Positions 26,344 to 39,706 are shown, numbered from the stretch's first letter. The stretch is 64,000 nt of DNA from Octopus sinensis (GCF_006345805.1 NC_043015.1:1178001-1242000); one strand, 5' to 3'. Translations and numbers: made by a program. Notes: generated by a model not told the origin, from the sequence alone.

Positions 26344-26872
26344 ATATCATTTTTACTATTGTTGTTATTATTATCATTTTTATTATAAATGATATGACAA
26401 TTTGAAATGCAATTGTCTATGCAGATTTATATAATTAGAAAATAATATAAATAAAGTGTTACAATCTGAAAGTTAAGTTAACAAGCAATTATATATATAA
26501 AAAAGATAACGCAAATGAAGCTAAAATAATAATTTTATAATTTGGGTTTTATTGAAGAACTCAAAAGAGTTGTCTCCCCTTACCCACAACACAGGAACTG
26601 AAGAACCAGAACCACAATTACTACTACTTCCTGTCCTGCAAACATGCTGAATTTAACAACACAACACATGCTCTTAATCCCTTTGGATCTTAACACCTCA
26701 AGGTAATTTTTTCGTGAACAACCATAAAACTCAAGATACACAACGAACTCACAATGTATCGGAGAACTTATTTTTTAATTTTTGTACATTTTTATCATTA
26801 TTCTTTTACAAAAAACAATACAATTTTCTTTTTTTCCCCTTCTAATTTTAAAAAAACTTTTTAAAACATAAA

Positions 26873-26913
26873 TATTCTTGACAAGTCATACAATGACGAA
26901 AACCGGTTGAATA
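26873..26913 (+). ncRNA. Variant type I HHR (U3-A8) in the Penelope 3' terminal region
   Basis: UAUUC-UUGACAA-GUCA-UACAA-UGAC-GAAA-A-CCGG-U-U/GAAUA. Stem I 5 bp, stem II 4 bp, palindromic ACCGGU; one extra A after GAAA. Confidence 0.6.
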
Positions 26914-27397
26914 AATATATATTTATATATTTTATCAATTTCTCATTTTATTAAAATTTTCTTTCATTTGAGCATTCTGCATTTTTTAAAAAATTTTCCC
27001 TTACTTATCATTTCTCCACGTGCGGTCAACACAACCCCACCATTTATTGATCTATATATATATATATATATAAATATATATGTGTATGCCTGTATACACA
27101 CTTATCATGCATACACGCACTTACACTCACATATACATATTTCTTGAAACCATTTCACGAATAATTATGAAATATATTTTAAATACCAACTCATAATGAT
27201 TAGTTAACAGTGTTCAATATATCAGGTTGCAATTTCCTAATTTTGCCTATTCTTTGTTTTTCTTCTTTTCTTCTTTATGTTTCTTTTATTGCCTACGTCA
27301 TTCGTCAAATGCTTTTAGTAGCAGCTCACGCAAAATACATAATCAGGTCTATCGCTTATTTGTTGCATATTGTATGTTGCGTATAGATTTACAGATA

Positions 27398-27655
27398 TAG
27401 GTGGCTTAGTTAGGGCATTCGGCGCACTATTGTAAGATCGTGAGTCCAGTCGGCTGGCAAAAATGAGTTGTACCTGTATTTCAAAGGGCCGGCCTTGTCA
27501 CACTTTGTGTCACCCTGATTCTCCCTCAGAACTAGGTTAGGGGTACGCGTGTCTGTGGATTGTTCAGTTACTTGCACGTTAATTTCATGAGCAAGCTGTT
27601 CCGTTGATCGTATCAGCTGGGACCCTCGTCGTCGTAACCGACGGAATGCTCCTTC
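27398..27655 (+). mobile_element. SINE family C (family B-type centre, different tail), internally deleted
   Basis: Head ggtggcttagttagggcattcggc; centre agtcggctggcaaaaatgagttg; tail gggaccctcgtcgtcgtaaccgacgg. Confidence 0.7.
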
Positions 27656-27657
27656 TT

Positions 27658-27738
<81 letters not shown>

Positions 27739-27829
27739 TATATATACAACATTAGGATAACTGACAGCATATTCTCGAGACACAGGTAGCGTAGACCAGA
27801 TGTCCTTCACAAGTGCTAGTCACTTCACT

Positions 27830-28005
27830 TAAGAACACCTTACCGGATTTTGTGGCAAATATATAATCTTCCCCACCGGACAAGATGTCGGTCCGAGTAA
27901 ACCAAACAATACGACATAGAAAATTTTGCTCAAGAACACAGCGTACTGCCAGGTTCAGGAATCGAAATCGCTATCATACGATCATAAGCCTAACACTGAC
28001 ATCGT
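27830..28005 (-). mobile_element. Degenerate family B-type SINE head
   Basis: ttgctcaagaacacagcg...caggaatcgaaatcgc...acgatcataagcc is the reverse complement of a B-type head. Confidence 0.5.
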
Positions 28006-28015
28006 AAGCACCAAG

Positions 28016-28422
28016 CAATGTGGCTGTGTGGTAAGTAGCTTGCTTACGAACCACATGCTTCCGGCTTCAGTCCCACTCTCTGGCAACTTGGTCAAATGTC
28101 TTCTACTATAGCCTCGGGCCGACCAAAGCCATATGAGTGGATTTGATAGGCAGAAACTGAAAGAAGCCCGTCGTATATGTATATATATTTTTATATATAT
28201 GTGTGTGTATATGTTTGTGTGTGTCTGTGTTTGCCCCCCCCCCAACATCGCTTGACATCCGATGCTGGTGTGGTTACGTCCGCGTAACTTAGCAGTTCGG
28301 CAAAAAAAACCGATAGAATAAGTACTAGGCTTGCAAAGAATAAGTCCTGGGGGTCGATTTGGTCGACTGAAGGTGGTGCTCCAGCATGGCCACAGTCACA
28401 TGACTGAAACAAGTAAAAGAGT
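28016..28422 (+). mobile_element. SINE family A
   Basis: Colinear with the other copies; tail tgactgaaacaagtaaaagagt. Confidence 0.9.
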
Positions 28423-28439
28423 ATGTGTGTGTGCATACG

Positions 28440-28471
<32 letters not shown>

Positions 28472-29306
28472 TGCGTGTGTGTGTGTGTTTATGTGTGTGC
28501 GTGTGTGTATGTGTATGTGTGTGTGTATGTATATTCTCTTGCATCTAAATCCGAATGGCATTTGCAATGAAATTTTGCTGACGTAACGGTTGAATTTTCA
28601 CATTTTATTATGAATTTTCATATAATATTTTACATTTCTAATACTTCTCAATGTACTCGTTAACAGCTATGCACTTTCAACATCGCTGATTATCGTATTA
28701 TATGCAATCTTAGTGAGTACCAAGAAATTTAATAGGTAGACAATACACTATTATATATATATGTGTGTGTATGTGTGTGTGTTTCAGTTATTAAATATAT
28801 CCCACAACCGGGGAAAAGGGAAAACTGTTGCCGAGGTGGAAGTGATACAGACGACAATGATGATAATAATCTGGGTCGAAGAAGAAGGCGTCTCAGTAAT
28901 AAAAAAGAAGAAAATTACGAAATGAATAAAATCGATCGAAATAGAGGAGATAATTTGGTCAGAAAGATGAAAATTTTAAAAGCATTTTAACTGGCACAAC
29001 GTCAATGTCAATACGTGTAACACCAGTAACATTAGATCAGGCACAATCAATAAAGGAACATAATTTATGAAAGTGGAAAAGAAAATAAAAGAAATATCTC
29101 TTTGTCTGCTTAATTTTAATTTCGCTTTATTTGTATACGAACTGCTTTTTGGCTTTAGTACGTATTTTCTTATCTTGTTTAAAGAAAAACATAAGAACGC
29201 AAACACAACCAAACGCACTAACATATATAGCATACGTAGATATAAATAAATGTATGTATATATATATATGAACACATGCATCGGTATACATATACAAATA
29301 CATACA

Positions 29307-29364
<58 letters not shown>

Positions 29365-29679
29365 ATTATATATATATATATATACATATATACCTATGGG
29401 GGGCTCTGGATGGGTTTGGTGTATGGATATAAATACATGTACTACACACTCACAACACTCACACATACACTTACACACACGTGCACACACACAGACTCAT
29501 ATATATATATATATATATATACAGATAAGTATATGTACCAACAAATTCAAGTATTCGCTGACAAAATTGCTACACTTCTTGAGAATTAAGCACTACAAAC
29601 TTTGGAAGATACAGTGATGATTACGATGATGGTGATGTCACCTTATGATATATTCGAATGTATTCCACTAGACAGACAC

Positions 29680-29750
<71 letters not shown>

Positions 29751-30367
29751 ATATATAAGGGTATAAATGACACAGATATGGTTGGTGAAATTTTATTTAA
29801 CATAAAAAAAATTATAATATTAAGACAAATAGTTTCGTAACTTCAAAATATGTAAATAATTTATATTATATTTAATAATAAATGAATTACTTGGATGACT
29901 TTATGGATGTGAAATGCAAAAAAATTCTTCAACTTACGCAAAAGTAAGACTTTGTTAAATATTTAGGAAAGACTTTCTTTCACCTGAGGACGTAACACAA
30001 ATTCTGCATTATTTTGAAGGTGGTTCGTTTGTTTGCTTTTATTTAAGGCGGTGCGGTGGATTTTCTATTAATGCCGATGAGTAAAATATTTATTATGAAA
30101 TATAATAACATAAATTATTTACGTTTTTTTAAGTTACGAAACAATCTGTCATGATATTAGAATTTTCTTATCAAATACAATTTCAACAATTTTACTGACA
30201 TTTATCCCATTATACACTCCCTAATGATTTCCTTTGTATCGTGAATCGTATATATGTTTTGTAGAATAATACGTTGAAGAGATTTCATTATGAGTACTAC
30301 TATCCCATTACTTGAATCCATAATTGGTGTCATATATATTTAAAACTCGCCAAGGAAAATTTTGAAA

Positions 30368-30430
30368 CCACCTGATGAATGACTGCGACTCAAAAATTTA
30401 AAGACTGCAGGCAGGAAACGATCGTAGTGG
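30368..30430 (+). ncRNA. Type I hammerhead ribozyme candidate
   Basis: CCAC-CUGAUGA-(AUGA)-CUGC...GCAG-GAAA-CGAUCG-U-A/GUGG. Stem I CCAC/GUGG, stem III is the perfect palindrome ACGAUCGU, GUA site; 4-nt duplication after A9. Confidence 0.6.
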
Positions 30431-30572
30431 ATATTAATTATATTTTTTAATAATTGTTACATATTTAAATAATATAAATTAATCATATGTATTGGCTTAA
30501 GTCTTTCATTGTTTGATTTGCCTAATAGTGGTTTTGTCGCTAATTTAATATAATATATATATATATATATAC

Positions 30573-30682
<110 letters not shown>

Positions 30683-30904
30683 GTATGAATGTATATATGT
30701 ATGTATGTATGTATGAATGAATGTATATATGTATGTATGAATGCATGTATGCATGTATATATATATATGTATATATAATATATATGTATATATATATATA
30801 TATACATATAGATAGATATATAGACAGACAGGTAGATAGATAAGTATGTATACATGTATGTATGTATGTATGTATGTATGTATGTATACTTTTTCTCTTT
30901 GATC

Positions 30905-31130
30905 TCGTTATTGTTTGAGTCAGTAGACTCCGGTCGTGCTGGGGCATCGGCGTGGAGGATTTACTCGGGCAAATCAATCCCAGTAGGGATTTTTAAAGTA
31001 TAATAGATATTCTATTGATCTCTTTGCCGAAACCCCACGTTACGGGACCGTAGACGAATCAACACCGGTTGACAAGCAGTGGTTGGGAGAAAACAGAAAC
31101 AGAAATTCACCGATGCACATAGACACACAC
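30905..31130 (-). mobile_element. Degenerate 3' half of SINE family A
   Basis: ttgtttgagtcagtagactccggtcgtgctggggca...tctctttgccgaa...acaccggttgacaagc. Confidence 0.55.
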
Positions 31131-31439
31131 CTGATCGTGAGGTTTGGAAGCAAACCCCTTGCTATAATGCTAAATACTTTGTTATATACTGCTGAGTCAA
31201 ATGTTTCAATTACTTTGTTACCGTACTTGGCTGATGCGTCAAGTCACAACAATAGAAACCTCACATTTAAAGTAGACACCAAAGTGTAACTCGGTCTGAA
31301 GCCACATATCTACTTCTTTTCTGATCCAACGTTGATACAAGCTCTTGCCTTCACTCGTTGTATCCATGAATCTTCATGAAATTATTTTTTTAAAATGATT
31401 TCCAAATATTAAGATAACTTTAATAATCTAGTCTTCTCA

Positions 31440-32510
31440 TACAAGAGTTTGCTGAAAGCTTCGTGGCTTTAGCTGTATCGTGAAAGGGTAGAGCTTCTAC
31501 ATTCACAGGGTAGGTAGGGCAGTTATTTAGGAGAATATACGCAAAAGAACAGGATTGTATACAATATATCTTTCTCTTTGTTTGCAGATCTAATGAATCA
31601 TGGGAACCCCGACGGTGGATTTTTGTAAAAGTGAAGCATAGAAGAGCATAAACTTCATCCATTTGTAAGGGAAAGGAGTGACGGAAATCTATAGCAAGGT
31701 GAAGGACGGCTTGAAGAATGAGAGCTTATCTTACTCCAGAGTGTAAATCTGGGTGTCAAGGTTTGGTCATTTCGAGATAACACATAAACCTTATTCAGGA
31801 CAGCCAACTTCCTCGACCACAGAGGACAAATCCAATGTTGTAAACGTCAGGATTCTCGAAGACTACCGTAATCCAGCTGAAGTCATGGCCGAGACTCGGA
31901 GGATTTCCCGCGAAGGAGTTGACCACATTATCCGCAACACTCTGGACATGAGAAAGATTTCCATCAAATGGGTGCTATAATGCCTGAACGCTTAGAAGAA
32001 GCGCGTCCGATTGACGACGTCAAAGTCAATTTTGGGTCGGTTTGAGTAGGAGAGGCTGATTGTATGGCTTTTTAGTCACCATCGATGAAACTTGGCTTCA
32101 TCACCATGACCTCCAGACCAAGCAGCTATGAATGGGATGGAATCACAGCCGTTCCTCGCGTCCCATGTAGTTTTAGAACCAGAAGTCGGCTGGAAAAATT
32201 TTGGCTTCAGTGTTTTGGACAAAGATGGAATAAATCTTATAAAGGGTTGCACCATCAATGCTTCTCTCTGTTTGAGGAACTATGCGAAAGACTGAAGAAG
32301 AAAGGAAATTCATCCGATTCGGAAATGATCGTTGTTACAGAAACCTGTTTGGAGTCCGAAATTTCCGAGGTCTTTTGTCAGGGCTTAGAACAATTAAAGG
32401 ATCACTGTGTGTGAATCTTAGAGGAGAGTATGTTGAATAAAATCATAATTAATTGATCCTCCTCTATTATCTTTTACCCAAAGCCAGAAACATTACGGCA
32501 CCCGCTCGCA
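31440..32510 (+). mobile_element. Decayed mariner-family (Tc1/mariner) DNA transposon with internal deletion
   Basis: HTH region ending KISIKWVL (WVPxxL motif), VTIDETW (first catalytic D), SAGKILASVFW, KGCTIN, C-terminus GEYVE*. Degenerate TIRs at ~31440-31470 and ~32482-32510. Stops and frameshifts. Confidence 0.85.
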
Positions 32511-32684
32511 TTTTACGAGTAAGTCGAAGTTTCATTTGGTGAGAACCTTTCTACCTTCATATACTGATCAGCATTAACCTTCTCGTACCTTATATATTTA
32601 TGTGTATGTGTTATCTATATGTGCTAATAATTACTTTATATGTATTCGATTGTCCCGAGTTCGTGCACGTGTTCCTGCCGTGTG

Positions 32685-32686
32685 TA

Positions 32687-32785
<99 letters not shown>

Positions 32786-32790
32786 TTACC
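32685..32790. repeat. (TATC)n microsatellite
   Basis: Direct reading. Confidence 0.95.
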
Positions 32791-33494
32791 TGTCTGCCTA
32801 TCTGTCTATCTATGCCTCAGTCTCTCTGAATGTCTGTTTATCTATCTGTCTATCTATCGATCTATATATATATATACACACATATATATGTGTGTGTGTG
32901 TAAAATATATACGCACGCATGCACAGTTATATATATATGTATATATATATATATATATAAATACACAAACACTCACACACATCTTTCCATACATATGTGT
33001 GCGTTCATACCTATGCGTGTGTGTGCGTGCGTTTGTGTACGTACGCGCATACATACGCATACAATTATTTTAAATATATTTAAGCTTGTGCCGTGTATGC
33101 GTTACGAAATTACATTTATATAAGCATTTATATATTTATATATGATTGTATGTATGCAAAGATTAATAAGAATGTACATACAGTATATTTAAAAACGCAC
33201 ACTTGCACACGCTCCACCCGCACATACTCATACACACACAAATATACACGCTCTCTCTCTCACACACACTTTCTCTCTCTAACACACACTCATACACACA
33301 CGTGCGCGCACACGTACACACACGCGTTCATACACGTTCACTATACGGTCAGGATTTCACACGATTCTCACACTGGGAGAAAAGCCTTTGGCCGTTAAAT
33401 CGACCGCCCACTGGGAGCTACAGAGACCGAGGAAATTTGCATGGTCAGATGGCGTGTGGCTATTAAAATACGTTACTATGCATTGTTGGCTCAA

Positions 33495-33799
33495 AACCCA
33501 TTATTATTATTGTTATTACTATTGTTCCTTCTGTTATTATTACTTTTATATACCATTATTATTATTATTATTATTATATTATTATTATTATTATTATTAT
33601 TACCACTACTAATATTATTATCATGGTTATTTTTATTATCATTTCTTTTCTTAAATTTTATACATTTTCTAAACGTTTCCTTGATGTTTTTTATTGATTT
33701 TCCTGTGAGTGTTTTGTGTCTCTTTATGAATTTAGCCAACTTTCCCATGGAGAGTACGATTGTAGGGACAGGTTACTGATCGTATGTACGTGTGTATAT

Positions 33800-33876
<77 letters not shown>

Positions 33877-33919
33877 CATATATATTTTGTGTATTTATAT
33901 ATACATATATATATTATAT

Positions 33920-33950
<31 letters not shown>

Positions 33951-34085
33951 TATATATATTATATATATATATGTGTGTGTATATCTATAATACACAAAAT
34001 ATATATGTATATATATACATATATATATATCTATATATATTATATATATATATATAATATATATGTTATATATATATATATATAC
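33495..34085. repeat. (TAT)n and long (TA)n microsatellites
   Basis: Direct reading. Confidence 0.9.
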
Positions 34086-34245
34086 GTACAACTATGTGAT
34101 CAAGATGGGGAAGAATTGTACTGGACTGGATGTCGTGTAATATAATTATATAAAGCAATCGAAAAGAATACATTATTTTTTAAAAAACTATAAATTTTAA
34201 AAGCAATGTGATCGAATGAAAACAGGCATTAATACACTTACGCGC

Positions 34246-34370
34246 ATTCATTGTAAGCCTAGTACTTATTCTATCGGGCTCTTTTATCGAACCGCTAATT
34301 CCGGGGAGATAAACACAGCAACATCAGTTGTCAAGCGCCGATCGGTAAAAACACAGAAACACAAACAATT
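34246..34370 (-). mobile_element. SINE family A, internal fragment
   Basis: ttgtaagcctagtacttattctatcgg...aaacacagcaacatcagttgtcaagcg. Confidence 0.75.
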
Positions 34371-34424
34371 CCATATACATATATATTTATATATATACAT
34401 GCATACATATATATATATATATAT

Positions 34425-34668
34425 GCCTTGTGAGTGGATTTGGTAGACGGAAACTGAAAGAAGCCTGTCGTATGTATGTATATATATATGTATGCGTGTG
34501 TTTGTGTGTCTGTGTTTGTCCCCCTGGCATTGCTGGTGTGTTTAGGTCCTCGTCACTTAGTGGTTCGGCAAAAAGAGACCGATAGAATAAGTACTAAAAG
34601 GTGGTGCTCCAGCATGGCCGCAGTCAAATGACTGAAACAAGTAAAAGAGTAAAAGAGTAAAGAGAGAG
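34425..34668 (+). mobile_element. SINE family A, 5'-truncated, ~40-bp internal deletion
   Basis: Starts gccttgtgagtggatttgg; gtacta joined directly to aaaggtggtg; tail (gtaaaaga)n. Confidence 0.85.
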
Positions 34669-34682
34669 TATATATATATATA

Positions 34683-34715
<33 letters not shown>

Positions 34716-34755
34716 GTGCGTGTGTGTGTGTGTGTGTGTGTATGTGTGTGTGTGT

Positions 34756-34793
<38 letters not shown>

Positions 34794-34795
<2 letters not shown>

Positions 34796-35080
34796 AGGCG
34801 CAATGGCCCAGTGGTTAGGGCAGCGGACTCGCTGTCGTAGGATCGCGGTTTCGATTCCCAGACCGGGCGTTGTGATTGTTTATTGAGCGAAAACACCTAA
34901 AAGCTTCACGAGGCTCCTGCAGGGGGTGGTGATCCCTGCTGTACTATTTCACCACTCTTTCTTCTGTTGGCCTGCTCGCTTAGCCAGTAGGATGGCGTCA
35001 TTTGAAGGCTAAAGCAATGCGAACGCATTGTGACCAGCGATGTGTAAGAACATCTGATGGTCTGGCCGGTAACGTGATCA
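34794..35080 (+). mobile_element. tRNA-derived SINE family D
   Basis: A box tggcccagtgg, B box ggtttcgattccc; centre ttgagcgaaaacacctaaa. Related heads at 44900 and 55855. Confidence 0.85.
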
Positions 35081-35448
35081 TATATAAACATATGTATGTA
35101 TATACGTATACACATACATAAATAGTATAGTAGTAAGGCTACCCTCCGGGCGGTTTTCAGCCAGGCACTTGATAATATTTCCCCATTTGATTCTCAATTC
35201 TAGCAATGTTTATGATACTTTATGCTTAATTATTTCTGTGTATAATAGTGCTCAATTACTTAGTAAATATTGCTGTCATTCTTTATTACAATCATAATCA
35301 CTTGTTTAAACAAACAACAAGTTATTCCAACTATGGAGTGCGAGGCAGTTTCTTTAACTTTCGACTTCCCCTCATAGCATCACAGAGATTTCAATTCAGT
35401 AGCCCATTGGTAATCTTTGCAGTATCTGTGTGTGAAAGGGAGAGTAAC

Positions 35449-35449
<1 letters not shown>

Positions 35450-35530
<81 letters not shown>
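35450..35530. repeat. (GA)n microsatellite
   Basis: Direct reading. Confidence 0.97.
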
Positions 35531-35532
<2 letters not shown>

Positions 35533-37664
35533 GGAGACCATTGCAAACAATGAGTGAAATAAACATGTAATGAAAATTTAATCTCCCGATTTTGATGCAT
35601 CATAATATCCAGAAATAAGGATACATTTTTACGAAATTTTCTACAAACACCGCTTAGATATTGTGGCTTTAGGGTATATAGGGATTTATGGGAAAGGATT
35701 TTTGGAGGGTGTGGAGAGAAGACCTTCTGAAAATGCACACGATTCGAATTTTTTCCGTCATAACTTTCAGGAAAATGGGTATCTTTGAATTAGGGTTTAT
35801 ACAAATACCTTTTAAACGTCATAGATTAAGATTATAAAGAAATTTATAGGGAAAATGTTTTCCGATTGGGTGGAAGATGAGTTTCGATAAAAAAAAAAGC
35901 TTTTCGGATCAAGAGGACCATAAAAGTTAGAAATTCTATATTTCGACGGGGATTGTCCCTACTCTTTTTAAACCCCACCCTTCGAAATGATTGGGTGGGG
36001 TGAGGTGTGCATCTTTAGATGAAAGATATTTTTGAAAAATTTCTTATACAACCCACCCTTCCACATCATCCCACTGCAGACATATTTTGGCCAAATGTTT
36101 GGCGCTTGAAAATCAGGGGATGATACTTATCGGTATTAATATTTTCAGGGGAAAATTTGAGTTATTTAAGGGAGATTTGTCTGTTATTTTTCGTACATTC
36201 CAAGACAACCGTCATTTTTATTGATCACTCTCTGATGTATTGATATTTTTCAATATTTTTCTCCTCATAAATACATTTCGTTGCTATTATTCAAAAGTGT
36301 CATAAGTCCAAAATAGATTTACCATTTAATTTCGTTTTGAATTAGCAACAATTTCCACTTAACAATGATATTTTTTTCAGTGCATAAAATCATAACGCCA
36401 TACATGTATATTTGCCGTCAGAAATATCTTTGCGAAACTGCCATATGCGGAACTTACTTCATTTTTGAAGAATGGTAAACCGTTGTACTGCACATATTCA
36501 ATTGTCATCTGAAATAGCTGGAGATAAGATAGTTTGACCAAAATAACCGGCTATTGCAATCAAAATTAAATACCTAAAAATAAGCGCATTTGATCAAATT
36601 TCGGCATACGACCGTTTGACATAATAACAACGATTTACATGCTATAAAAATGAAACTTTGGAATTTTTGGCAGCCCTAATCCCCGACCCCGATTGTTTCT
36701 ATTTATACTTTAGAATATTTATCCACAGTGAAATTTAAAAAATTTAGGTACGCGAACGATAATTCATTGTAATGGCATTTTTCTCTGTTAGAAAATGCTT
36801 TTTCTAAGGCAGTGAGCTGGCAGAAACGTTAGCACGTTTCCAACCAACGCTAAATAGATAAATTCAAAAGATTTTATCAGAACCAAAAAGGAAAAGAGTG
36901 TTTTTTTTTTATATTCCAAATAACGGTGGAATTAACATTTACTACTAGCGTCATATATGACCACTTCAGCGCCTTCATCTCGATATGGTATAGTCCTGCA
37001 AGAGACAGGAATAACAACGCATTACGTTTATCTATTTAAAAACAAAGGGACCTTTCGCTTGCCCAGGTCTTTATTCAGGGCCTGATGAAGGATTACAAAT
37101 ACATTTATTTTCTCGACGACTAAAGATTATTAGCAATATACCAAACTCCATTCAATTTCCAATGTTCCTTTCTGCGACAAATTATTTCTAACCTTGAAAA
37201 AATATGTCATTTTTTTATATTAATGTTGCTGATAGTGTTATTTGTACTGTCCTTTTTATTGTTACTACTGTAACCGATAATTTTGTCTATATCATAGTTC
37301 TTGTTGCTGCTGTTATTGTTGTAGCTGTTGTATCTATTGTTATATTAATCCTCACTTTTTTTTTCTCTAAATACGATAATTATTAACTTTCACCTTTAGG
37401 CCAGCGACATGACGCAAACAACATTTTGACTCTCTTTCATCCAATATCTATGTCAGCTTCTCTCTCAAAATATCTATTCCTCTGTCCATCCCCCCTCTCT
37501 CTCTCACTCTTCAACCCTCTCCCTCTCCTCCCCCTCTCTATCTCTAATTCGGTATCCCCTTTTATCTTGTTTCCTTTTTCTCAATTTCAGTCTTAAAATC
37601 CAGCATAAAAGGATTCGTGCTAAGCGTCTTTCATTGGTAAACAAAACCATTATATACTATTACA

Positions 37665-38150
37665 CATATATACATATATAGATGCAAACATACACACACA
37701 CACGCACAAAGACACACATATATACATATACACACATATACATTTATATCCATATACATATATATACACAAATAAACATACATATATATATATATGTATC
37801 AATATATATATATACACAATGTATCAATATATATATATATATACACAATAAACCATATATATATATATACATATGTATCAATATATATATATACACACAA
37901 ATAAACAAAGCATATATATATATACATATGTATCAATATATATATATATTACATATGTATAAATATATATATATATATATATATGCAAAAATAAACATAC
38001 ATATATATATACATATGTATAAATATATATATATATACATATATATATACATATATATATACATATATACATACATAAACATATACACACATATATATAT
38101 ACACGCATATACACATTTATTTGTGTATGAGTATACGTATAAATACTTAT
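37665..38150. repeat. Complex TA/CA-rich micro/minisatellite
   Basis: Recurrent units such as acacaaataaac...atatacatatgtat(c)aatatatat. Confidence 0.85.
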
Positions 38151-38723
38151 ACGCATACATCACAGCGTATCTTTGGAAATGACGACCTTCGCATGCGTTT
38201 GTATATATCTTTTTATGACTTTCACTCCATATTAGTCATACTTAACATTACGGTGAGAATGAAAGCAAACACGGATTTAGGCAAGAAATGATGAAAGAAA
38301 TCTAGTCAGATAGGGACGAATGAGCAAACATACTTAGCAATGATTATTGTTTATAAAGAAAAGCATCTGGAAAACCAGTGCTAAAAAATTATAGATTTTT
38401 ATTTATTTTTATTGCGGAGATGACCAATAGAGACAAAATGAAAGAGAGAGAGGCACACAGACAGATAGCCACTGAGAGACAGAGACAGAGAGGGAGAGAC
38501 AGAGCAAGCTATGGATATGTACATATAAGCAGATATGTATGTAGGTGTATATATATACTTACATGCATATACACATGAATACATACATACATACATACAT
38601 ACCTATATACCTGTAAACAGATGGATAGTAGATAGATTACATAGAGAGATAGATCGATAAAGAGACAGACAGATATATATGTGTGTATATATATATATAT
38701 ATATAATATATATATATATACAT

Positions 38724-39125
38724 ACTCTTTTTTTTTTTACTTGTTTCAGTCATTTGACTGCGGCCATGCTGGAGCACCACCTTTAATCGAGCAACTCGAC
38801 CCCGGGACTTATTCTTTGTAAGGCCAGTACTTATTCTATCGGACTATTTTGCCGAACCGCTAAGTGACGGGGGCGTAAACACACCAGCATCGGTTGTCAA
38901 GCTATGCTAGGGGGATAAACACAGACACACAAACACACACACGCACAAACATATATATACATATATAGGACGGGCTTCTTTCAGTTTCCGTCTACCTAAT
39001 CCACTCATAAGGCTTTGGTCGGCCCGAGACTCTAGTAGAAGACACTTGCCCAAGGTGCCACGCAATGGGACTGAACCTTGAACCATGTGGCTGGTAAGCA
39101 AGCTACTTACCAGACAGCCACTCCT
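38724..39125 (-). mobile_element. SINE family A
   Basis: Colinear with 3430-3848. Confidence 0.9.
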
Positions 39126-39310
39126 ATAGATAGAGGGTTATGAGTTTAATTTATGTACGGAGTGATAAGCTGACGCAATTAGAGTGAGACATAAGGAGAG
39201 CACACTCACACAACCATGAACGCAAGCATGCACACACACACACACACATGTAGATACATGCACACAAACACACACACACACACATATATATTTAGACATA
39301 TATATCTAAG

Positions 39311-39353
<43 letters not shown>

Positions 39354-39644
39354 ACAATTTAACAAATAAAACATATGCATTACATACATACATACATATA
39401 TGTACATACCTACATCTATATGCATATACACATGCATATATATACATATAGAGATAGAAACAGAGACACAGAAAGAGAGGAAGAGAGACGAACAGATAGA
39501 GAGGTAGTATGTAAAACAAAAGTAGAAAAGTCAGGAATGGAGAGTGACTGCGAGTATTTGTTTGGTGGGGTGTGATATGTGTCAATGTCCGAAACTAAGT
39601 ATGTCCTCTACTCCGACACACTTTCCTTTGGCATATAATTTTTT

Positions 39645-39667
39645 ATTATTATTATTATTATTATAAA

Positions 39668-39706
<39 letters not shown>

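Larger units (their letters stand above)
25034..27052 (+). mobile_element. Penelope-like retroelement (Neptune-type linker), 5'-truncated, flanked by (TA)n
   Basis: RT, Cys-rich linker and GIY-YIG in order, followed by an AT-rich 3' region with an HHR-like motif. (TA)n at 24948-25032 and from 27053. Confidence 0.88.

Noticed and set aside
29982-30040. CUGAGGA motif as a tandem partner of the 30368 HHR
   Set aside because: No GAAA core or stem II could be found.
34794-34870. Possible tRNA genes at SINE heads (also 10340-10417, 16341-16410, 24687-24760)
   Set aside because: A/B boxes are present but there is no complete cloverleaf or 3' acceptor strand, and each continues into a repeat body.
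37082-37130. CUGAUGA motif as a further hammerhead
   Set aside because: No stem II partner and no downstream GAAA/NUH.
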